A stretch of 64,000 nucleotides of DNA from positions 69,682 through 133,681 of the forward strand of contig NMRA01000565.1 in NCBI GenBank assembly GCA_002633005.1, given 5' to 3'. Of the stretch, positions 1 to 11,062 are shown in pieces. The notes below the pieces were generated by a model. It made no database searches. It was not told the origin of the DNA and saw only the letters and a list, made by a program, of their open reading frames with translations. Origin of the DNA: Phoronis australis (taxonomy: Eukaryota > Animalia > Phoronida). The position numbers were made by a program, and so were the translations under genes. Each line of letters starts with the position of its first letter. Positions within the stretch are counted from its first letter, which is position 1.

Positions 1-1193
1 TAGTGGCGGGGTGAGGTAATTCGATACCGATGTCATTTTGGTTCCCTCTCTATCCCCACACATCAGTGTCATCTGCAGACAGTATTGTTTCCTGCCCTCT
101 CTTTGGACGCCTCGCCATCCTGGTTCCAGAGTCAGATTCCACCCTACCGACACTTCAACCCTCTTGTCGCAAGTTCAAAGGTCAAGGTTCATATGAGAGT
201 CCAGTTTGGAGAAAGTGCACTTTATTAAGATCATGCACTGGAATTTGTCTTTAAAAGCGGTCAGTTGTGGTGCAAGTTACCACAAGAAAATAACCTTGAC
301 ATGGCAACCTAATTTAGAAACTTAGGCACACACAGAGTGAATTTTGAGTTAATTATGTGCACAAACAACTTTCATCGCTGCTTTCCTCTTGATGAGAAAC
401 ACTAAGGCGATTATTCGCATCGTTACAAAATCGTCGACAAACTGCCTTCGTGTAATTCACAAACAGTTCCTCTAGCTTTCGATTCCAATCAGTGCTAATG
501 TTTTTGCTACGAAATACAGACTCACGTTTCTGATTATTTGGGACGTATGTCTTGATTCTACTTTGTTTCGCTGGCGCTGAGGTTTTCATGGTCAAATGAA
601 TCAGATTTTTTCCGCTCAGTACTTGCCCCACGTGGATATTTGACAGCGCTGCATTTATATTTGCAAGGGGTATTTTAGCATAGAGACCGATAACTAGCCT
701 ACGCCAAAGAAATGACACTCAGCTGTTACGCAGTGAGGCTTAGGAGAATTTTCCTAGGCACGATGTCATATGTACCACTTACGCTAAGAATTTCACTGGG
801 GCGCTCGAAGAGGCCACGAATTATGGTCAGTGTAATTTACGTTGCAATTAATTACTTTCTGTAGTATGCAAGTAACATAAACAATCTTTTATTAGAAAAT
901 ACTTGTATATCTGGTGTCAAGAGGGTATTTTGGTAACTGGAGTCTATCTTTAAGACCGACTGCGACCACCTGGTTCAACGCCCACGTTTCCGCAGTGGAA
1001 CCAACTGGTTGTTCACACATCACAGCCTGAAACCTACACCTCTAATATTACTGACACGTCATCTTACCGGGCTACATGTACAACAGCTTACGTAAGTATT
1101 TTGCAAAAATAATTCATAGATTTAAATGACGTTGAGATCCATTTTGCGTATATGTAAACGTCGCATGTTGCAATAGAGCTGTAGGCCGACATA

Positions 1194-1353
1194 CATGGGT
1201 GGATTCAGGATTTTGAGTTAGGGGGAACCAGGGCAGAGTATTAGCCAGAATTTTGCCTGTCAGACATAGGCACTCCCGAACTGCCCAATGGAATCTTGGA
1301 GAATTTTAGCGGGGGGGCATGGCCCCCTTGGGCCCCCTCTAAATCCGCCACTG
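1194..1353 (+). mobile_element. Short CAG(G/T)GGCGGAT-ended MITE family copy
   Basis: Reverse-complement homologue of 63168-63315; ends AAATCCGCCACTG. Confidence 0.75.
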
Positions 1354-1995
1354 ACATAGCATTACTAAAAACGACCCGAACACTTTTCAATACAGCTCTT
1401 GCTGTGACGGAGACTAACTCCTATAAGCGCTTGACCGGCGATATCTATCTTATACCCTTTTCAGAAGTGCACTTAAGGACCACGGGGCCAGAACAACGTT
1501 AAGGGAAAATTTGAAAAATGACCGCCACGGCGCAACGTTTTGACCAATTTCACCCTAAAACAACAGGCCTCGAGAAGTCAAAAAAATACGTTTTGCGTTA
1601 ATTTCATGTCCGACTGGTTGGACTTAAAATGCGACGTACCAGCAGGGTGAATTCGAAAAAAGAAACAAAACAAACTTCAGTACTAAGCACCACTTATGCT
1701 GAAATATGATTTCGCCAAGCAACAAATTACCTGGTGTACCAATAAACAATTCCAACGCAATATGAAGATACTGTACTGTAGCAGCTGGCGACAACTTTGA
1801 AGGTACTCACGACGTCAGCAACAACCTGCAAGGACTGATAAAGGATGCGACAGTAACTTACTCTAGGCTACGTGCACCAGCCCTTAGCAAAAAAACTTGC
1901 GAGTTTTGGTGAAAAGGTCCCCTGGAGCGTTTGTCCCCCTCCGTTCTCAGTTCACCCACACTCACTACTGACCACAATCTTTCATTTCAGCGGAC

Positions 1996-3783
1996 ATGAG
2001 TTGCCAGGGTAGCCTGATGTTCTTGGTCTGCTTCTTGATGGCGCACGTGACATTGTCATTCGCGTGTCCTGAAAACTGCACGTGCACTCGGAACTCGACC
2101 GAGTACATCTGTAAAGGTCTAACGGAGATTCCAACAACCTTCAACTCGCCTGTGTTGAAATTCACGTGTGGAAACTGTCGCCTGCGGCATATCACAGCAA
2201 GCGCTTTGGTAGGATTGACTCAAGCCGAGACTATTAGATTATATGAATCAGAAGTAAAGACCGTTGAACCGTTTGCATTTTCTGCTTTGAAGAATTTAAA
2301 AATGCTTAGTTTATACAAAAACCAACTAACCACACTAGATGGGCGCTCGTTTATAGGATGCAACAAACTGACTTACCTCAGCATTCGAAAGAATGCGGTG
2401 GAAACTATAAAACACGGACTGGGGATGTTGCACAGTTTGGAAGTTTTAGAATTGGGCTACAACAAGCTTAAGGATATTCCGAAATTCCTAATGTCGTCAT
2501 GGTTCCCAAACCTAAATGACATCTATTTGGAAGGCAATGTTATTGAAGAAATTTACCCCTATTCCTTTTTTGGTTTACCAGCACTGAGGTATTTGGAACT
2601 GAGATCCAACCAAATCCACACGATCCACAACCACGGCTTCGAGGGACTTGGGAACCTCAAAACACTGGACTTGAGAAGCAACGAGCTTAGCGACCTGCCG
2701 AAGGATGTATGGAAACCATTGAGGAAGCTTGTCGATTTACATTTAGACAGAAATAGATTATCGGTTATCAAGAACGGTATGTTTGACCACTGTGAACACC
2801 TTCAAGAATTGGAGCTGGAAGACATGAAAACAGGAATTACAGCTGTTGAAAAGGACGCATTTCTAAAACTGGAGAGTCTTAAATCAATATCTTTGCAGGG
2901 CAACGCGTTTCCTCTGCAAGACGGGTCGTTGTTCAACTCCATGCTAAACCTCACTTACTTGGATCTTAAATATAACAACTACACACAAACCCCCGAGAAC
3001 ATGAAGCTACCAAACCTTGACATGCTTGACATAAGAGGAAATGCGATAAGGAAGTTGACTCCTATGAGTTTTCCCAAGCTCAGAACGTTTTTGGCAAGCA
3101 CAAATGAACTGACATATATCCCACAAGACCTTCAATTAACCGCCTCACCACAACTCTCCAGGGTGACCCTTTCTAAAAACAAGCTGACCAAATTATCACC
3201 TTTACCGCTAGCTAACTTCAATCTCACGCGGCTAGATGTCTCAAAGAACTACATTTCAACGTTTCCGGAATCAGAACTCAGACCACTGTTCTCCAAAATC
3301 ATGTACGTAAACATCGACTACAATCCCATACACTGCAACTGCGAAACAAAATGGTTGAAATCTGTTACGTCAAAGTACCGCAAAGTGAACTGCACTACTC
3401 CACACGCCACAAGATTACTTGACGTTCCAGATACAGAGTTCCGATGCTCGGCACCTAGGATTGTTTCCAGCGAAACCAATATTTCCATAAACAACAAGGA
3501 AGTACATCTTTTCTGTAAAGCTATTGGAGATCCAATACCAAGCATTCACTGGGAAGTTGCATTCATTGCCAATGGTAAACTAAAGATAGACAACGTTCCT
3601 GCAGACAGCAGCAATACCAGCACCTCAAGAAGTATACGTGGACCATTTGGAGATATGTATCAGACAGTGGACGTCAACATAGCACGTTCTAGTCTACCAG
3701 GAAACGTTCTGGCTTTCACATGCAAGGCAGGAAACATTGAGGGGAAAACCAGTACCACATTACCATTCAACCCCAATTTCTGA
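1996..3783 (+). CDS. Secreted leucine-rich-repeat + Ig-like domain protein (595 aa), single coding exon
   Basis: Uninterrupted ORF: hydrophobic signal peptide (MFLVCFLMAHVTLSFA), LRRNT (CPENCTC...C), a long run of LxxLxLxxNxL repeats, LRRCT (NPIHCNCETKWL...C...C) and an Ig-like domain (LFCKAIGDPIPSIHW...FTCKAGNIEG). No TM helix. An acceptor-like TTTCATTTCAG ends at 1990, 5 nt before the ATG, suggesting a 5'UTR intron. Confidence 0.92.
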   Translation: MSCQGSLMFLVCFLMAHVTLSFACPENCTCTRNSTEYICKGLTEIPTTFNSPVLKFTCGNCRLRHITASALVGLTQAETIRLYESEVKTVEPFAFSALKNLKMLSLYKNQLTTLDGRSFIGCNKLTYLSIRKNAVETIKHGLGMLHSLEVLELGYNKLKDIPKFLMSSWFPNLNDIYLEGNVIEEIYPYSFFGLPALRYLELRSNQIHTIHNHGFEGLGNLKTLDLRSNELSDLPKDVWKPLRKLVDLHLDRNRLSVIKNGMFDHCEHLQELELEDMKTGITAVEKDAFLKLESLKSISLQGNAFPLQDGSLFNSMLNLTYLDLKYNNYTQTPENMKLPNLDMLDIRGNAIRKLTPMSFPKLRTFLASTNELTYIPQDLQLTASPQLSRVTLSKNKLTKLSPLPLANFNLTRLDVSKNYISTFPESELRPLFSKIMYVNIDYNPIHCNCETKWLKSVTSKYRKVNCTTPHATRLLDVPDTEFRCSAPRIVSSETNISINNKEVHLFCKAIGDPIPSIHWEVAFIANGKLKIDNVPADSSNTSTSRSIRGPFGDMYQTVDVNIARSSLPGNVLAFTCKAGNIEGKTSTTLPFNPNF

Positions 3784-4102
3784 TGGCATCTTCGTTACTA
3801 ACCTATTCACTTTACCAAACAAATTAAAGACACCTGGGACGGCCTAAAATTTGTTTTTATTTTGACACAATTCTTAGGACACACCTGTCTATGATGCAAC
3901 AGCAACAGCAACAGACTTGACTGCAGTGAACCACTTGTTATCAAGAAAAAATATAAAACAGTCTGATTTTAGTAAAATATTTTCAAAATCACCAAATAAA
4001 CACCACTTAAATATTTAAAACTCAAAAAAGACAAAATAATGGGCCTATTTTCAGTAGCAACAGGATACATTGCAGAATGAATAAATAACAGTTTTAACAT
4101 GC

Positions 4103-7100
4103 TTAGTATCTTCTAACTCTAACATCATTGTTTTCATCCAGTTCAAGTCTCACACTACCACCAACAGAGGGGGCTGCACCTGCAGTTGAGGGGGTGGAAG
4201 CGCTGAGAAACTGTCAAGGAAATTATTTTGAAAGTGATCCTCAACATGCTGAAACAAGACAAAAAGTGCAAACAAAAGAGAATGTAAAATTGGTGCAGAT
4301 TCCGAATCGAGGCATATTTCTAACAGTCAGTAAGAGAGGCCTTATAACCCCCCCATTAAAACAACGCAACACAAAAGTGACTGCACAAAGGCAGAGGTCA
4401 GTACCTTCTGAATCTCTAGATTTGCACCAGGTCTGTTTAAATAAAATACCTTTTCAGGAATAAATATTCCTATGGTTGCTGTAATACCTGTAATACCTGT
4501 CACGGACAGGATCATTGGGGATATGCTGGTGCATTAATCCCCTCCCCGGACCATCCCCGTGACAGCAGAAGGCGCAGAACTCCAGGGCTATGGTTGCTTT
4601 AATCCAGCTAATTCTAAAGCAATGTTGAAAAATACCATGATGTAAAGGGGTCCAGTGCCTAGTTGCATGAAACAGTCCCAAATAGGGACTGGACTAAGTT
4701 CCTTAAATCTACTGGGGATTTGTGATCTTATCTTTTCTTAGCTGTTTGCACCTCATTACCAAGTCAATTTTTGGCTTAAAACAAATCGAGAGGAAACTAT
4801 AATTTGAAGTCTCAGTAGGGAACTAGTCATGCAACGTCCGTGATTAAGGACTAATTCCGTAATTATTATGAGTGAATTAAGGGTCATTTTTGTTATATTA
4901 TTAGAAAATGTCATTAGTCAAATTGGAGCTAATAATCAAGATAAAATGACAGAAAAATGTAACATCATCTGTGAGTAAGGAACAAAACAAATATACAAAA
5001 GATTTGGGGAACTTTCTTGAGTCCCTATTTGGGACTGTTTCATGCAACTGGGCACTGGCCTCTTATAGACCTGACCAAAAGACCACTTTCAGCATGTTAT
5101 TTTTAAGCCTTACATGGACAATTTTCTTCCAAACTAGTGATTTGGGTCCCCTCTTACGACATCCTAAATCCGCAAGTGAAGTACTCAGACTTATGTCTCA
5201 CCAACGACTACTTTCAATTAGCACCTACCCAACTCATGGCTCAGATACTGGTTAAGAGGTAGCTATCCAATACACCAACTCCCGCAGGCACCTGACTCAA
5301 TTTGGAGACCTGTTGTTGGAGATTTGAAGCATCTGCCCAACAAAATATTTTCATCAACAAACTAAACCCTCTTTTTGGGCCTCACCAGGAAATTATGACC
5401 CTATCTATCATAGGACTGTTCTGAAACACACGTCTCTAATGTAGGCTGGCGTGTTTGGCTAAAATGGTCCTGGGCCGCAAGGTGATGCAGTCATTTTTTA
5501 ATCAGATGAAATTTGTGCCCTTATAGTTACAGCATATAATGCTTTTGATTTGTGGACAGTAATTGTATCACTTCTTGTATAATTCTTAAAATGAAATAAA
5601 CAGTTATCTAATGAAAAAAGTTACAGCAAATTCAAACTACCGTCTTCGAATACCCCTCCAAAATAGGGCCAATAAATAAACGCTTTGATGGTACAAGATT
5701 TTGCACGATGTGCTATATGAATTACCTGCATTTTCATGGCTTTTGGAATTAAACATGCGGCCCCCATAATGCAAATTTAAAGTCTCAATACACAATGCTT
5801 TCAGCACTTTTCAATATCAAACATCAAACATAATAACGTTTGAATTGATCCATGTATCAGACATCACACCTCAGAGAAAATCAACATATGTAGGCACTGT
5901 GTTAGCAACAATCACCAAGCCAATTCAGTTAATCAGTAGAGAACCTAATAAGGAATTACTGTACATTAAAGAGTCATTGGCCACTCAGAACCAGCATGCT
6001 ACAGATTCTCTGAATAACATGCAGAGCTCAGTGACCCTGTAACTATGGTGATGACCAGCTAATTACTATTCCCTGTATCTCTTACTTCACTTTATGTATG
6101 TTACCTGAGCTGTGTGTTGGCACTTGCAGTCTTTTGTAAATAATTACCCTGATGATGTCTAATGAATAGACGAAACGTTGACTGAACATGAACTTTTTTA
6201 TTTGTGTGGCAATCGTCTGGTTTTCAATCTTACTATGGCCAAAAACTGATTTAATGTATCACCTTATAATTTATCTCAGTTTGTGTCCTCCTCACATTAG
6301 AAGTGACTTCTTGGATTAGTAAGGGTTGAAAATTATTGGTGCTGGGGACTGAACTCCACAAGTAATCACTGTATGCAATGAAAGCAAAGTGATAGTTCAA
6401 TGAAAATAGGTTGGCTCCATGAATGATCACTAGATGGAGCTACTAGGCAGGTTCTACGACTGAACACTGGATTGGAGAAAGTAGGCAAGTTCCAAGACTC
6501 AATACTAGATGGAGTTATTATGCTTGGTTCCATGACTGAACACTCAATGGGGTTATTATGTTGTTTCCATGACTGAAGACTATATATAGTTAATACGCTG
6601 GTTCCATGATTGAACACAAAGGATACAGGTTAGACGAAGACTTTGCCCCAAGACCAGTCTCTCGTTGAAACTGCCTCAGCCAGGCTCTGTGCTCCTGAAG
6701 CTTATCCTGTGTTTTTACTTCGGTCATGGCTGAAGGTTGACTAAGACTAGAGCGGAAATTCTGTAGCTGTTGCCTAAATCACACCATGGTAAAATTACCA
6801 GTCGTTCCCAAAAGAAACTTTGCCAAAATCTTGCAGAAATCATGAAGAAATGGGAAGACAATCAACTCACAAATAAACGTGCATGAAAGAATTAGCTGAA
6901 AGGTTGCTCCAAAATTTGATTTGCAAACAAAATTTCAAATCAAAATTCCGCTTTAAAGACCATACGGTGATACTTAGGTCAAGCTGAAATTGAAATTCAA
7001 ACTGTAGTAAATCAAATTAGCGGTAATGAATATTTCAATTCACAAAAAATTGATGATCTCGATTAGGTCCATATCGTCAGTGCGAAATTAGCAACTTCTC

Positions 7101-10100
7101 ATTCCAAAAGCAAAAAACAAAGAGTGTCAACCCAAAACAAGAACCAAAACAACAGTTTTCAAAGATGGTGCTGTCTGCCCCAATGACACCTGATAGCAGC
7201 TCAGGGATGAGAGCCAAAGTGACAAGCCTTAAATTGCTGGGACACGTGTCACCGCTGTAAACAAAATGGAATTCAGTTTCAATAATTTACAAAAACTTGA
7301 TAACAGTAGCACCACAAGCTCCAGTGTCAGAGAATTGCGATGAAGTTTACCTACCTGGCGGGAACATGGCCAAATGAGAAACTGGGTGTGTCAGAGGTTG
7401 GCTGCGGAGGAAGATAGTGTCGATCTGAAAAAATAGAGACAGGCGGCCAAGTGAAGTGTTGAAGTTTACAATTGATAACTATCCAGTGTCTACTGTTTAC
7501 AAAAACATAGCCTATAAGGTTAAAGTTAAATTACCTCCAAAGTATGTCCTCCATTTTCTTTCTAGTACTTGCTCAGCTGACTGGTGTATGTCGTCAAAGT
7601 TGACCCTTGACACCGGGTGTGACCTGAAATTAAGGTCAAACATTTATGATTCATAAGCTATGGTCATTAAAATCTGAATTAAGACTGATGTTAGGGAATT
7701 ATCTATGAAAACAAAGTCGAAGCAAATCTGGGCATTAGACAGTCATTTGGTATCTTAACCTTAGGTTATGTTCAACAGGAACTAGTTAAAGTATGACCAG
7801 CAGATGGATCAAAAATTTTCACTACACACTCAGTAACCTGACAACGAAATGATAGTTCACTCACATATATGGGTTCTGTGACTGAAAATGACCGGGGTCA
7901 AAGTTCGTAGGGAAAACCGGTTGGTGAGGCTGATAAAACACAGGCGGTGGTGGTTGTTGATATACAGACGTCCCTAGTGGTACTGGTGGCGGTGCAGTGT
8001 CCACCGCAGGACGTGGAGCTTGCTGTGACTGCTGAAGTATGTCAATGACATGTCGGAGGTCACCATCTATCTTCTGCAGTGACTTATGCACGGGAGAACG
8101 ATGTTTGTCAGATTTGCGCGGAGCTGAAATAAGGTAAATGAAAAGAATTCTTGCAATAGAAAAAATGTAAATTACGGTACGTGCGCAGAAGGGTATATTC
8201 GATGACGTACCTATATCGGGAAAGAGGCGTATGCACCAATATGCCAACCATTGGATCAAAACCATTCTTGAAGATGATTGTATACTAATACTTATTTCAA
8301 TCCTTACAAGTCTTTTACTCATATAAAATCAGTCTCATAATTTTTCTCACTGTAGTAGGATTCTATTCTTCCAACAGGTACATTGAAAGCATCTACCACT
8401 CACAAAAATGCTTCAGAATCTATTGGTGTTGGCCAAACTAAAATTAAGCTTATTGCGTGCGACTCGAGTTACCCACTCATTCAGCAACAATTCAAGATCA
8501 CATGAGCGTGTTAATTTTTTAAACCTCAAAGTGCTGCTTCAAAAATTCAATATTGACGGCTAAAGAGCCAAGAAATGCAGCGTAAAATAATCAAAAGAGA
8601 TAAGAGTTGAGATGCATGCAATATTGAAACCCCGTTCTTTGCCTTTTACTCACTTTAACCTCTAAACGACACTAAGCTCATCTTGCCCGACTCCTTTGAG
8701 GACAAACAGTAGATAGAGCTAGTTCCTCATAGAAGAGCCATCTGCACTCACTTCACTAACCACAGTTAAAGAGTCACCATTCTTTGCCACTATCTCCCTA
8801 TACAGTCACATGGCTTACCTTGAGCGAGCTCCACAGTTGAAGAGTCACCATTCTTTGCCACTATCTCCCTATACAGTCACATGACTTACCTTGAGCGAGC
8901 TCCACAGTTGAAGAGTCACCATTCTTTGCCACTATCTCCCTATACAGTGTCATGGCTTACCTTGAGCGAGCTCCACAGTTGAAGAGTCACCATTCTTTGC
9001 CACTATCTCCCTATACAGTCACATGACTTACCTTGAGCGAGCTCGTCCAGATTTAGATCACTGCTGCTGATACCGCTGCTCTCTTCCGAGTCACTCATTC
9101 GAAGGTCAAGTGGAGGTCGTGCGAAGCGCGTACGCTTCTTCTCCAGAAGCTTGTCAACATTAACGCTCTCTTCATCGGACGAGGATGACTACAAAAGAAC
9201 GGAATACAGTCAAAATCACCTTTTTCATATCCGATAAATACCACCAAATTAATGCTTTACTAATTTCAAGCTATGCACAGCAGCCTTGAATTTTGTATTG
9301 TGTAGAGTATTTCGGAACTTTGTAACATGATTATGGCCTGCCAAACACCTAGTATCTTGACAGTTGACATGTGAGCGTTACCTTACCTGGGAGAAACTAA
9401 TAGTAAGTTAATGCAGATACTATCGACAGGTTCACCAAATTCAACTGAAATGCACAGTCTATTCTTATTTCAAACTAAAACCAAATCCCTTATCCCCGGT
9501 TTTGAAGACCCTGCTCCTTCTTCGCACCAAGCTCAAAACATGCCACCGCAACTACTTTTCCTTTACCTAAAACAACACCACGCTCCCACCCCCTCACCGG
9601 GACCTGTAACTCACTGTACCCCCATCCCCTCAGCATGCCCCGCCCACTTACCACATCCACAAGGGACTCCTGCAGGTCTCGTATCCTCTTCTCCTTTTCC
9701 CTCAATAGCCTCTTCCCCTTGTTCATGTTGGTCACCATGGCATCGATCTCCAATGCTTCCCGGTCGAGGCTAGTCTTCACCTCATTGAGCAGATACTTAC
9801 TCTGTACTGATGACTGTGAGGGAAGAGAAAGATAGACAGTTTATTCAGGAAAATTTTTGCGACTATCTTAGCACAGAATGCATATCTCAACTAAAATTAC
9901 CATCTTGATGACATGAATGCTAAAGAGAGAGATGTCTAAACATTCAAAATTTCGTTCACCAGGTTGTGCATCAGCACTTTATCTACAAAGCTCAATTTTT
10001 ATGTATTTGGTGCAACACCCAACTAACCAGATGGCCACACCCATATTCCCAACTGGCAAAGCCCATTTCCCCAACCTGCCAAACAGACTCCACCCAACAG

Positions 10101-11015
10101 CCCAACAGGCCTCAAAAACATTTCCAACCAGATACGCCTACCTCAACAACAAACTCCACCCATCTATCCAGTACACAATGGCCACACGTCCAGGAAATAA
10201 CACTCACTTGTCCAACAACCCTCCTGTGGTCATTTGTCCACTCCTCCTTTGCTGCCAGTAGAGCTGCCTGCCGCTTCTTCAAGTTGAGCCGGTTCTTGCG
10301 CAGGAATTCCTTTGCCATTGTGATTGAGTTGTCTTCTTCAACCAGTCTTGCATGGAGATCGCTGCAGAAATGAGTGTACTCAATGAATATGGCACAGTCC
10401 CTTCAAGAAACAATCAATAAAAAGTTACCCAGAATTCCCAGCCATGGTCCCAGAGTGCAAACAGAATTCCCCACAATGATGGCCGAGTGACTTTAACAGC
10501 ATCTCAGAATGACCTGTTATGACCAGTCATTATACAGGTAAAAGGTATTCACGTGTTCTGTGATGGGTGTCAAGAGAAGCTACCATCCTAGTATAAACCA
10601 TGATCAATGAAACCATACAAGTCATACTGTAACCTGACATTTTCATCCTTGTGCAATGCCATCTTGGAATATCATTGGAATCCTTTCATGTGACAGATAA
10701 TTACACATCATTTGACCATGGACAGACTGCAGCCAATGGATTGGTTCAACAATAACATTCATCACGGCCAAGTTACTTTATTCCAGTTTGAAGTCTACAA
10801 TTTCCAATTGACCTAATTAGAATTGCTTGGGACGTTCAAGTGCACACATGAAGTTTGCACGCCTCAGCCACTCAGTTTATTGTCCACAAGAGTAACACTC
10901 ATCATCTCATCTGTGTCTGTGTTTTACCATGCTTATCACGTGCTCCAGCAAACATACCACAGTTTTAGTCAAATCCAGGACATCAGATGGATATATAAGG
11001 GGATATATACGGTTT

Positions 11016-11062
<47 letters not shown>

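Larger units (their letters stand above)
4203..6626 (-). other. U12-type (minor spliceosome) GT-AG intron, last intron of CEP164
   Basis: 5' site GTATCCTTTG; branch point TTCCTTGAC (plus strand 4213-4221) lies 8 nt before the terminal AG; joining these ends keeps the reading frame. Confidence 0.9.

Noticed and set aside
5230-5335. Possible extra CEP164 exon inside the last intron
   Set aside because: No CEP164-like peptide, stops in the tested frames, and it would split the matched U12 donor/branch-point pair.
9411-10373. Several overlapping 100+ aa plus-strand ORFs
   Set aside because: Antisense shadows of CEP164 coiled-coil exons and C-rich repeats.
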